Part shown: piece after piece, positions 1 to 8,007 of the stretch
Position numbering within the stretch: the first letter of the stretch is position 1
How the letters are laid out: every line of letters starts with the position of its first letter
IMG/VR virus record: IMGVR_UViG_3300032046_000031
Coordinates: 1 to 57,107 of that record
Direction: 5' to 3' (one strand)
Source: a virus
Taxonomy: Duplodnaviria; Caudoviricetes
Length of the DNA: 57,107 bases
The notes under the pieces: model-generated
Seen by the model: the letters and a program-made list of their open reading frames with translations, nothing else
What the model was told of the DNA's origin: nothing
Database searches by the model: none
Position numbers and translations under genes: made by a program

Positions 1-127
1 AATGCTTCGGCTCCACAAAAAGGACAAGGCTTTAATTTTTTCTCCTCAATCTCTTTCATTTTCCCTCCAATGCTTTAATGGCGATGTTTTGCATCTCTGT
101 CGCTTTATTGCTATTCACCACACTTTC
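1..127. repeat. Terminal direct repeat (copy 1), identical to 56981-57107; circular genome / assembly overlap
   Basis: Exact 127-nt identity between the two ends; reading frames run continuously across the junction (the stop of ORF 56..256 overlaps the ATG of ORF 56380..57039). Confidence 0.95.
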
Positions 128-256
128 TAGGGCCTGCTTTAATTTCTCAATCTCCTTATCCTTAGTTTCGAGAGAGAAAAGAAGTATTTGAATATGCTCA
201 TCCGCCCAAAGCTCTCCCTTACCCAATCTCTTCTTAATCTCCTCAATCTCTTTCAT
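56..256 (-). CDS. Small hypothetical coiled-coil protein
   Basis: ORF track; ATGA overlaps with both neighbours; SD GAAGGAG. Confidence 0.6.
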   Translation of the reverse strand: MKEIEEIKKRLGKGELWADEHIQILLFSLETKDKEIEKLKQALESVVNSNKATEMQNIAIKALEGK

Positions 257-540
257 TTTAACTCCTTCTCTCTTCTCTCCAATTCTTCTAACAATCGGGA
301 TACCAAGACCCTTAGAAAAAATAATGCAGTTTTTCTTTGATAAAATAAATGTATCATTTCAATAAAACTATTCGCTAATTCAAATCCTGCTTGTCCTGCC
401 CTAATGGTCTTAGACTGCTTAGTCTCGCCCATCTCATCCTCCTTCGCTCCCCACTCAATTAACTCCTTAGTTGTCCCTTTGATGATCTTGGTCATTTTGC
501 CTCCTACTCTAAATGTAAACCATGCTTTTCTCCATACCAT
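253..540 (-). CDS. Hypothetical protein (true start possibly at 434 or 495)
   Basis: ORF track; internal SD-ATG pairs. Confidence 0.5.
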   Translation of the reverse strand: MVWRKAWFTFRVGGKMTKIIKGTTKELIEWGAKEDEMGETKQSKTIRAGQAGFELANSFIEMIHLFYQRKTALFFLRVLVSRLLEELERREKELK

Positions 541-731
541 CCTTCCTCATCTATCCATTTTTTAATCTCTGCCAATTCTTCCCTCAATCTCTTCATTTTT
601 TCCTGTTCCCTTCGACATCCAGCAACATAACCATTTAGAAATGGCCCCCAATAACAACTCTTTTCAGGAGTCTTGCGATCTGTTACAAAAACCTTTCTTG
701 CTTCTTTTTCCCATCTCTCTTGGTCTGTCAT
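504..731 (-). CDS. Hypothetical protein
   Basis: ORF with SD AAGGAGGA upstream. Confidence 0.6.
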   Translation of the reverse strand: MTDQERWEKEARKVFVTDRKTPEKSCYWGPFLNGYVAGCRREQEKMKRLREELAEIKKWIDEEGWYGEKHGLHLE

Positions 732-784
732 CTCAATCCTCCTTTTAGGCGATAGAGGGAAATCCGGTCGATGTCATCCCTCTA

Positions 785-958
785 TTATGGTTTGATATTT
801 TTCAAATTTAAAATTGTTATTCCTGAAATCCTGTCTGTTGCAGGATTATAACGGATCAAAACCGGAATATTCTTTTCATAGCAAATCGCAGGCTCCGCCT
901 TATCAAATGTTAAATAAAGCACATCAGCATGTTCATCATAATCACAAGTTACCCTCAT
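785..958 (-). CDS. DUF2283-like small protein
   Basis: Motif YDEHADVLYLTF...IRYNPATDRISGITIL is typical of DUF2283; start moved to MRVTCDY after SD GGAAGGA. Confidence 0.7.
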   Translation of the reverse strand: MRVTCDYDEHADVLYLTFDKAEPAICYEKNIPVLIRYNPATDRISGITILNLKNIKP

Positions 959-1457
959 ATTTAATCCTTCCCCCCGTACTTGTTTTTCCAATCAGCATAA
1001 TTTTACGAACTATATTGGGATACCTTTCAATATTGATTCCGACTTTTGCCATCGTTTCAAAGACATTGATCCCACAGGCTTCAGGGATCTCCAAAATTGT
1101 ATCTCCATGCTTATAAACAGCAAGAGCTTTTTTATTAAGTTTACTCCTTACTCCGTTCTGCCAATATAAAGGATTTCTGCATTGCCGATCTGTCCATAGT
1201 GGATGGAGTTGTTTCATCTTTTTTTTATGACCGACCAAATCAAATTCTTCGATTACTGCATACCAATGAGTCCACACTTTAGAGCTATCAAGAAAATCGA
1301 AATATGTTGCAGGGCAGGCCGGAAAGTTTGGACAACCCTTCGGATGACCAGGATATGGCAGTTTACACCACATTCCATCTCTCGCCCTTAAGTCGTAAAC
1401 CACTTTAGTAAGTTTAATCGCTTCTTCGACTTTATCGTGACCAAATAAATCTTTCAT
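942..1457 (-). CDS. DUF2284-like predicted metal-binding protein
   Basis: CKLPYPGHPKGCPNFPACP and PEACGINV motifs; start at MKDLFG (the longer track ORF runs into cassette A and is probably spurious). Confidence 0.65.
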   Translation of the reverse strand: MKDLFGHDKVEEAIKLTKVVYDLRARDGMWCKLPYPGHPKGCPNFPACPATYFDFLDSSKVWTHWYAVIEEFDLVGHKKKMKQLHPLWTDRQCRNPLYWQNGVRSKLNKKALAVYKHGDTILEIPEACGINVFETMAKVGINIERYPNIVRKIMLIGKTSTGGRIKYEGNL

Positions 1458-1485
1458 TTCACCGCCTGAATCCGTATATCTCTTG

Positions 1486-1677
1486 TTATATGGATTCATA
1501 TTCACTTCCATCGGCCCAGTATCCAAGTTCCATCGCCAGCAGTTCACAGATACAGACAAACGCTGGCTGTCCACATTCACAAATCGGATCGGGTTCGTCA
1601 TCTTGTTCCATTGCTCTGGTATTTTCATCAAACTGAGCTTTTAGTAATTCTTCTTTTGAGGGCCAGCGATTAAGCAT
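1486..1677 (-). CDS. Cassette A cargo: small Cys-rich protein (ICECGQPAFVCIC)
   Basis: SD GGAGG adjacent to the inverse core site; stop TAA lies in the GTTA core site at 1485. Confidence 0.7.
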   Translation of the reverse strand: MLNRWPSKEELLKAQFDENTRAMEQDDEPDPICECGQPAFVCICELLAMELGYWADGSEYESI

Positions 1678-1689
1678 AATAAAACCTCC

Positions 1690-1744
1690 ATATAACCAAT
1701 CAATCCAGCGGATCGCTATGCTCCCGCTGATTTCTACGTTATGC
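1690..1744 (+). repeat. attC site 1
   Basis: ATATAAC-CAATCAATCCAGCGGATCGCTATGCTCCCGCTGATTTCTAC-GTTATGC; imperfect palindrome of the classic attC type. Confidence 0.85.
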
Positions 1745-1879
1745 GAAAAGATATTCTTCCATCAATGCCCTTTCTTCGGCATTGTATCCACCTGGATATT
1801 CCCCTGTTTGTTCAAAATACTGGAGATCTCTTTGAAGCGTTGGTGAATCTATTTTTTCACACAATTCTTGATAATTCAT
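1739..1879 (-). CDS. Cassette B cargo: 46-aa acidic peptide MNYQELCEKIDSPTLQRDLQYFEQTGEYPGGYNAEERALMEEYLFA (not in ORF track)
   Basis: SD GGAGGTGA; stop TAA in the core site at 1738. Confidence 0.7.
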   Translation of the reverse strand: MNYQELCEKIDSPTLQRDLQYFEQTGEYPGGYNAEERALMEEYLFA

Positions 1880-1894
1880 GCTATCACCTCCTTC

Positions 1895-1978
1895 ACATAA
1901 CAAATTACTCAAGCCGACCGTGGATAGTCAGTTGCTATTCCATCCACAGTAGACAGCGGCTTAGTTCAGTCGTTATAT
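1895..1978 (+). repeat. attC site 2
   Basis: ACATAAC-AAATTACTCAAGCCGACC...GCGGCTTAGTTCAGTC-GTTATAT; closely resembles aadA-type attC (TAACAATTCATTCAAGCCGAC...GCGGCTTAATTCAAGCGTTA). Confidence 0.9.
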
Positions 1979-2203
1979 TTCCGCTTCCCAATTTGCTCTC
2001 TTTTTAATTTCCTCCTCGATTAATGGAAGAATCTTTTTGAGTTCTGCTATTCTTTGTTCAAAATGGGCAAGTAATCCATTGCCATCAATTAAAGCCTTTC
2101 TCCAGCCATCTAAGGTAAGATATCCATATTGATCTCTGGGCCAATGCCAACTATAATGCCACGATGAATCAATGATATTTGATAATTCATACTCTAAATC
2201 CAT
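1973..2203 (-). CDS. Cassette C cargo: 76-aa hypothetical protein (MDLEYELSNII...)
   Basis: SD GGAGGA; stop in the core site at 1972. Confidence 0.7.
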   Translation of the reverse strand: MDLEYELSNIIDSSWHYSWHWPRDQYGYLTLDGWRKALIDGNGLLAHFEQRIAELKKILPLIEEEIKKRANWEAEI

Positions 2204-2223
2204 TTCATCCTCCTGAAGTAGAA

Positions 2224-2306
2224 ATATAACCAATCACTCAAGATAAATCCCATCGCCTGAATATCCCCTTATCAGGGCAAAATGGTTTGTTAATCAATGG
2301 TTAGAC
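2224..2306 (+). repeat. attC site 3
   Basis: ATATAAC-CAATCACTCAAG...GCCTGA-loop-TCAGGGC...TTAATCAATG-GTTAGAC. Confidence 0.8.
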
Positions 2307-2426
2307 GGAATAACAAAAATCCCAACAAATTTCTTTGTGCCCAATAACTTCGCATTTATTTCTATGAAAAATATAGACACCTTCTGTTGAAGTTTGAGCT
2401 TGCCAAATAAAAGAGTAAAATAACAT
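2301..2426 (-). CDS. Cassette D cargo: 41-aa peptide (MLFYSFIWQAQ...)
   Basis: SD GGAGGA overlapping the inverse core site; stop in the core site at 2300. Confidence 0.6.
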   Translation of the reverse strand: MLFYSFIWQAQTSTEGVYIFHRNKCEVIGHKEICWDFCYSV

Positions 2427-2435
2427 AAATCCTCC

Positions 2436-2528
2436 GTCTAACAAATCACTCAAGAAAATCCTTTCAACTTCTTCGTCTCTGTTTAGCATATCAACTCCTT
2501 TCGCCGCTGCGTAGTTCAAGCGTTGTAA
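2436..2528 (+). repeat. attC site 4 (central stem degenerate)
   Basis: GTCTAAC-AAATCACTCAAG...GCGTAGTTCAAGC-GTTGTAA; the outer boxes are recognisable but central pairing is poor. Confidence 0.7.
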
Positions 2529-2739
2529 GGCTTACTTTTCCAGTCTCTGTTTTCGTGCTTCTAAGTCGGTGCCTGTCATTTTCTACCTCCATAAATTTGA
2601 TTAAAACTTTTCCCTTCCTCCTCACAGAGAGGGCAACTTGGAGCCCAATCTCTTCTCCCTGGCTGTCCCCTCCACATTTGGAGTTGCCAGATTAGACCAC
2701 AGCAAGACCATTCCATAAAGCAGAATCGATAGTAGGAGT

Positions 2740-2943
2740 TCATTCTTCTATCGCTTCCCCTGCAACACCTGTGATAGGTCGATTTCGATAGAAGTCTCGT
2801 TCTTCCCAAGTCTTAGAGAGACATTGAGCGTGCTGTTGTTTAAATTCATCAACTAAGACAACGACTTTGTCAGTTGATTCCGCAAATGGATCACCTTCAA
2901 CATTGAGAGTTGCTCCACAAACGCAATGATATGAAATTTTCAT
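2740..2943 (-). CDS. Small protein with CxCG motif
   Basis: SD AAGGAGGTGA; MKISYHCVCG...HAQC. Confidence 0.6.
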   Translation of the reverse strand: MKISYHCVCGATLNVEGDPFAESTDKVVVLVDEFKQQHAQCLSKTWEERDFYRNRPITGVAGEAIEE

Positions 2944-3001
2944 CTGGATTCACCTCCTTTCCTTTATTTAATCTGACCAAATATTTGATTGATCCTTGCC
3001 A

Positions 3002-4327
3002 TCATCCCCCCTCAAGTTTCTTCTTACTCTCCAACCACCATACATCATCAATCTCTACCCCAACTGCCAACCTGTCTAATTGTTTACAGGCAAGGGTGAA
3101 AGTCCCTCCCCCAAGAAAGGGATCAATCCCTCTCTCCTTCACTTGTGAGCAATTCTCAATCAGTTTCTTAATGATGGTAAGAGGCTTCTCTGTTGGATGA
3201 ACCTTTGTCTGCCCTGAAAGGATTGGATGCTCAAACGTTGAGAGTGCCTGAATGGTAGAAAGGGGACGAGGTGGATACCCCTTACTACAATAAAAGATTG
3301 GCTCATAATTGACAGGATAGGAGATGTGAGGTCTAAGGTTGAGAGCATTGTTCTTGATCCATAGGAGGGGAGTTGGGCATACCCAGAACCCAACTTCTTC
3401 TAACAATGCTCTCACCTCAGTATAACGAGCAATGGCAAAGAAAACATAGCAGTGTGATCCCTGTACCAACACCCTATACACCTCCCTCATAACTGGTTTG
3501 ATTACATTCTCCAATACCTTCTTCTCATCATTAAATTCCATCCCCTGCCTAACCTCCCCTCTGTTTGGGAAGGTCTCCTGCATATCATGAATCCCAATCC
3601 CATAAGGAGGGTCGGTGATGCAGAAGTTGAAACTCTCATCTGGAAACTTTGGCAGTTCAATGAGGGAGTCTCCTTTAATGATCTGAATAGGTTCCTCCCC
3701 ACTTTCCAACCTTGCCTCAGCAAATATCCCTGCAATGTCCCTCATAAACCCCAACTCAAACCCAACCTTCATTGCTCTTATTGCAGCTTCCTTCGTCTCT
3801 TTCTTTCCCAACTCTGGGTCGAGTCTGAGAGCCTTTGCAAGTTGGAGATGCTCTCTGATCGTCCCAAGCCCCTCACCAAGGAGTTCAGCAGTATCCTGTG
3901 TCCTCCATCCTCCAGACTTCTTCCCTGTCCATGTGATGTTACCAATTCGCTCTCTTGTCGTTCCGAATTTTTCTTGATAGAGTTCATGAAGTTGAAGCTC
4001 TCCTTCAACCTTTTCCTGCCAGGTTAAGTCTTCTCTGTGGATGTTCTCATAGATCTCAATAGCAAGTCTCTGCCAAAGATCAAGGTTTTCTTTGAGAATA
4101 TACTCTTTCTCAGTTAATTCTTCTTTACCAATCTCTTTGAGTGCTCGAAGTCGTCTTTCACCAACAAGAAGATATATTCCATCATCTCTCTTTTCAAGAA
4201 TTAATGGTTCAATGAGACCAACCTCTTTAATCGAATTAATCAACTCTTGATGTTTCTTCTCATCAAAGGTCTTTCGTCTGCGATCTGGGTCGATGATGAT
4301 GTCTGAGATCTTAATTTTGTCTGTCAC
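3002..4327 (-). CDS. ParB/Srx N-terminal domain fused to an N6A/N4C DNA methyltransferase (beta class)
   Basis: LINSIKEVGLIEPL...LVGERRLRA...ENIHREDL (ParB-N); TDPPYG, HPTEKP and DPFLGGGT MTase motifs; GTG start with GGAGG SD. Confidence 0.9.
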   Translation of the reverse strand: MTDKIKISDIIIDPDRRRKTFDEKKHQELINSIKEVGLIEPLILEKRDDGIYLLVGERRLRALKEIGKEELTEKEYILKENLDLWQRLAIEIYENIHREDLTWQEKVEGELQLHELYQEKFGTTRERIGNITWTGKKSGGWRTQDTAELLGEGLGTIREHLQLAKALRLDPELGKKETKEAAIRAMKVGFELGFMRDIAGIFAEARLESGEEPIQIIKGDSLIELPKFPDESFNFCITDPPYGIGIHDMQETFPNRGEVRQGMEFNDEKKVLENVIKPVMREVYRVLVQGSHCYVFFAIARYTEVRALLEEVGFWVCPTPLLWIKNNALNLRPHISYPVNYEPIFYCSKGYPPRPLSTIQALSTFEHPILSGQTKVHPTEKPLTIIKKLIENCSQVKERGIDPFLGGGTFTLACKQLDRLAVGVEIDDVWWLESKKKLEGG

Positions 4328-4649
4328 GCTTGGCCCCTCCTTTAGGTTCAACCTTTGCTGGAGGTGTTTGAGGAGGAGTGGTTTGCTTAAAGAGATCCCA
4401 CTTAGCAATCTCATTGATCATAGTTTGCTGGCAGGCATTAAAGAGGGTTTGTTTTCTTAACTCTTTCTCATTCTTTGGCATGATGAGATTGATGTGGGTG
4501 TCAATGGTTTCTGTAATCATCTGTTTCTGCTTTCCAATAGTAATGCCACCAACGAAGCCAGCAGAGACACCAGAAATAAAAATACAAATAATCCAGATAA
4601 GAAGATGATAACTTAATTCAGTTTTCTTTGGTGTTTGTTCTTCACTCAT
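4311..4649 (-). CDS. Hypothetical membrane-anchored protein
   Basis: One hydrophobic N-terminal segment; SD GGAGG. Confidence 0.6.
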   Translation of the reverse strand: MSEEQTPKKTELSYHLLIWIICIFISGVSAGFVGGITIGKQKQMITETIDTHINLIMPKNEKELRKQTLFNACQQTMINEIAKWDLFKQTTPPQTPPAKVEPKGGAKRDRQN

Positions 4650-4650
4650 C

Positions 4651-4977
4651 TTACCCTCCTATCCTACTAATAAATTTTAATGCCTCAATTGATGTTACAA
4701 TCTCGATTCCATTCTCCAAAGCAAATTTACACTCTGTGATTGCTCCCTCACTTTCACCAGCTAAGAGAAATAAAACATCACAACAGCTAAGCCATTTAAG
4801 ATCCATCTTCATCCAGAACTCTTTTGGATGATGATGAAAAAGATGCCAGAAATGAAAGAGATGTGGAACGAATGGAATATGCCCAAGGTTGGCGATTTTA
4901 TCTGCAACTTCAATCACCCTCTTGACATTACAGGCAACATCCCCTTTTGTGTAAGGACCAGTAATATAGACTTTCAT
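4651..4977 (-). CDS. DUF4406 / nucleoside 2-deoxyribosyltransferase-like protein
   Basis: KVYITGPYT...PFVPH...WLSCCD...GESEGAITE motif. Confidence 0.75.
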   Translation of the reverse strand: MKVYITGPYTKGDVACNVKRVIEVADKIANLGHIPFVPHLFHFWHLFHHHPKEFWMKMDLKWLSCCDVLFLLAGESEGAITECKFALENGIEIVTSIEALKFISRIGG

Positions 4978-5611
4978 GCTACTACCCCTCCTGGATTATT
5001 CCCACCTTTAATTGGTCTCACATTACTGAGATCCCTTGCAGGAACTATCCCTGTTGTAGCTTGGATGTAAAGGTTGATAAGACTTTCATCTTTTACATCA
5101 TACATTAGATGTCTTAAAGCAGGGTTGAGCTGCTCAATCTTATCAGGGGTTCCTACGAGAGCTTTAAGCCCCATCACTTCTCTCCCCTGAGAATCTTGAC
5201 CTGAAATTACAACTCTTGGTTTCTGTAAAATCTCATCTTCATACTGCCCAATAAGGATAAGACCACCGATGAAGATTATTTTAAGTTCCATTATAGGATT
5301 AACCTCCTTCCAATCTGCTATTGTTAGAGCAACTGCTTCATCCCAAATTTTTCTTCTTCTGGCATCACCCATCTTATCCTTCTTTCCGAATCCAAAAAGC
5401 TGGGTATAGAGTTTTACCATCTCCAATATAGTGTGTTACAAAATCAAGGGAAACATGCTGTCCTAAAAACCTTACAGATAACCATTGCATTACCCCAGTT
5501 TCCTCAATGGTCTCTGGATGGAGAATAACACAGCCAGGCGTAATGGAATCAATTTTCATCTCAACCTCCTTTATAATAAAATTGAGAGACCAACAGAGAG
5601 AGCTAAATTGT

Positions 5612-5920
5612 TTACAGAATGCCTTCTGGAATCTCTACACCAGCCTTCTTGAGAGTCTCTGCGAGTCTTGCTTGCAGTTCTGGCGTGAGCTTCCCAGTAG
5701 CCTTTGCAGCGATGATCATCTTTCCAATTGACAGAGCACCTGTAGCAGGTTTTCTCAACTTATTGATTGCATTTGTCTTCCACTGGGCATTGAAAACTGC
5801 AAGAGCCTCCTTCTCTCCCCCAGCGAGTTTCTGGCAATCTGCCCAGGTGTCTGCTTGCTTGCATGTTCCTTTCTGATCTGGTTGCCCCTTACTCTTGGCA
5901 ACGATCTGTTCGTCTTTCAT
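5612..5920 (-). CDS. Hypothetical protein (true start MKDEQIV)
   Basis: SD AAAGGAGGA; the upstream extension in the ORF track overlaps a structured RNA. Confidence 0.7.
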   Translation of the reverse strand: MKDEQIVAKSKGQPDQKGTCKQADTWADCQKLAGGEKEALAVFNAQWKTNAINKLRKPATGALSIGKMIIAAKATGKLTPELQARLAETLKKAGVEIPEGIL

Positions 5921-5999
5921 AGAGTTAGTTCCTCCTTTAAATGCTGAAGTTACGTTGAAAGTTAAAGTGGTCTCTCTGTTAATCTCTCTCAAGTTAAGG

Positions 6000-6107
6000 C
6001 TGTCTCGTTGAAGGATTCGAACCTTCTTTGCTATGGCAGTAGTCCTGATGCAGCTCTCCATAGTCTCGTTGCCTCAAGTGTTTTCACCAGAACACCACAC
6101 GAGACAG
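6000..6107 (-). ncRNA. tRNA-like RNA (acceptor-like stem, D-arm and T-arm; no canonical anticodon arm)
   Basis: CTGTCTCGT/ACGAGACAG closing stem; GTGTT-CTGGTGAA-AACAC D-like arm; GAAGG-TTCGAAT-CCTTC T-arm. Confidence 0.55.
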
Positions 6108-6116
6108 TAATTTATA

Positions 6117-6149
6117 CTGAGTATAGGTCGAACTTCGACCTTAGCTGAC
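6117..6149. promoter_or_regulatory. Dispersed palindrome copy 1 (CTGAGTAT-AGGTCG-aactt-CGACCT)
   Basis: One of six intergenic or gene-end copies. Confidence 0.75.
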
Positions 6150-6653
6150 CATTCCTCCTCCACCTCTCTTCTTTGTAATAATTCTGACACGATTGTCCTT
6201 GATGGGTTCAGGATCATTCTCTGTTCCCTTTCGGGTTACCTGATCAACCTTTACCACCAATGGTCTCCCCTGAAATACCTCCTTATCAGGAAGCTGTGTT
6301 CCTTGGATCTGCATCCCCGTTCCACTGATTATATTGACGATGGTGAATGTGGCTGTATAATCCCACTGTTTGGTATCAGGATCAATCCACGGTAGTTGTG
6401 CATATACGAACAGATTGCGATTCCCCTTTACTTCAAGGTCAGGTCTGTTTATGATCCTTAAGGTAAATTTCCACTGAGGTCTTCCTGACTGTTGGACAGG
6501 TGAATCATCAACCTTATCAATCACCGTTTCATAGGTTCCATCAGGAACCAACGGTGGCCTTGCTAACTTCTCCAAATCTTCAAACCCTATTCCGATGTCT
6601 ATTGGGCACATATTCTCTTTCCTCCTTTTCTCTTTCAGATTTTTCAAACTCAT
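6141..6653 (-). CDS. DUF669-like single-stranded DNA-binding (OB-fold) protein; probable start MCPIDIG
   Basis: PLVPDGTYETVIDKV...SGRPQWKFTLRI pattern; located near the Sak4-like ATPase. Confidence 0.65.
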   Translation of the reverse strand: MSLKNLKEKRRKENMCPIDIGIGFEDLEKLARPPLVPDGTYETVIDKVDDSPVQQSGRPQWKFTLRIINRPDLEVKGNRNLFVYAQLPWIDPDTKQWDYTATFTIVNIISGTGMQIQGTQLPDKEVFQGRPLVVKVDQVTRKGTENDPEPIKDNRVRIITKKRGGGGMVS

Positions 6654-6959
6654 CTTTCTCCTCAGCCCTCAACTGCCCTGATGATTTCCCATCCATTCTG
6701 ATGATGGGAGCACCACAGGGACATTTGTTTCTTACAATGGTTGAGGGTGCTGGGAAGTGTCCATTGCTGCACTCAAACTCACTCACAAGGTCACCTCCTT
6801 TCTCATCTCAGCTTCTCCATCTCCCCTTTGATGTGTCTCTCTTCCTTCCTTAAGCTCTCCAACTTCTTCTCCTCCTCCTCGATTGCATCCTGATAGCCTT
6901 CAAGGAGCTTCTGCCAATATTCTAAGGCTTCTGTTCTCTTCATCCTTCCTCACCTCCCT

Positions 6960-7811
6960 TCACTCACAGGACATTTGACCTCTGTAAATCTCTGCAAAGT
7001 TTGGTTTGATCTTGATTGGCAGGTCATCAAACGATCTCTGCCTGATGATCTTCAAGAACATCTGCGGAGAAGTCTCAAACCAATATTCCTTCTTCCCTGT
7101 CATCGTTGACACTGAAACATAGTAGATGTCATCGATCATACTTAATACGATCCCAGGAAGTTTCTTCCCATAGAGTAAGATGGTCTCCTGAATCTTCCCA
7201 ACAATCTCATCCTTCTCTGACTCAACATGGGTAGTAAGGATGAAATCAAAAGGGATGTGACAGCAGACATCTACAATCTCTCTGATCTTCTCAATAGCCA
7301 ACCCATAAGTATATTGGCTGGTTCCTTTCCCTGTATGTCCTGCAAGGTTGACCTCTCCGTGTAAAACATACCATTGTAACCCAGTAAGGGAATCCGCTGC
7401 AAAGTGGCACACCCCTCTCTCCTTATACGCTGCCACCTTACTTTCCATATCATTAATGTCCTGTGCAAAATCAAAGAAGATTTTAGAATCAAAAGAGGTA
7501 AGCATTCCAACGTTGAGAGGGGTTGCATATTCAGAGTAGTCAATAACCAAAATCTCATCCTTCTTCAAGATGTCATCCTTCTGTGCAAACCACTCTCTGG
7601 ATGTTTTGTAATGTTTAAGCTTCTTCGGTCTCCTTCCAACTTTCTGTGCTTTGAGTAAGGCATCTCCTTCCCTCTCTAAACATTTCCAACCCCCAGAGTC
7701 AAAATTGAAATCTATTAGACCTCCTGATAATGTCTCAAAACTTGTGGTTTTGCCACCTCCTGGCTCACCAATCAGAACTATATTTTTTTTACTCATCTTT
7801 TTACCTCCCAA
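6960..7811 (-). CDS. AAA_24 / Sak4-like recombination ATPase
   Basis: Walker A GEPGGGKTT, DFNFDSG, ADSLT and ILTTH motifs. Confidence 0.75.
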   Translation of the reverse strand: MGGKKMSKKNIVLIGEPGGGKTTSFETLSGGLIDFNFDSGGWKCLEREGDALLKAQKVGRRPKKLKHYKTSREWFAQKDDILKKDEILVIDYSEYATPLNVGMLTSFDSKIFFDFAQDINDMESKVAAYKERGVCHFAADSLTGLQWYVLHGEVNLAGHTGKGTSQYTYGLAIEKIREIVDVCCHIPFDFILTTHVESEKDEIVGKIQETILLYGKKLPGIVLSMIDDIYYVSVSTMTGKKEYWFETSPQMFLKIIRQRSFDDLPIKIKPNFAEIYRGQMSCE

Positions 7812-8007
7812 TGTCTTGATAGATCAGCAAGAACATGAGCTACCGCATCTGTGATTCTTTCAAGAGCAATTGTAGTAGCAGGGATGTACTGACTGATTAT
7901 TTTGTAAGCATCATTTACTGCTTTAAGTTTTACCATCTCTTGCTCTGCTATAAATGCTTGTGTTTTTAAATAAGCAATTTGATCCTCTAACTGTTTAATT
8001 GTCTTTT

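Larger units (their letters stand above)
1486..2522 (+). mobile_element. Array of four integron gene cassettes lacking an integrase (CALIN): A 1486-1738, B 1739-1972, C 1973-2300, D 2301-2522
   Basis: Four attC-like sites; each cassette's 5' core site is complementary to its own inverse core site over 9-10 bp. Confidence 0.85.

Noticed and set aside
1-127. Terminal repeat as a biological DTR
   Set aside because: 127 nt is a common assembler k-mer length and the repeat falls inside coding sequence; it indicates circularity only.
1458-1631. N-terminal extension of ORF 942..1631
   Set aside because: It overlaps cassette A's own ORF and crosses the insertion junction; a better start exists at 1457.
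5921-6061. N-terminal extension of ORF 5612..6061
   Set aside because: A strong SD precedes ATG 5920, and the extension overlaps the tRNA-like structure.
6000-6107. Functional canonical tRNA or tmRNA
   Set aside because: No 7-nt anticodon loop, no CCA, and too short for tmRNA.
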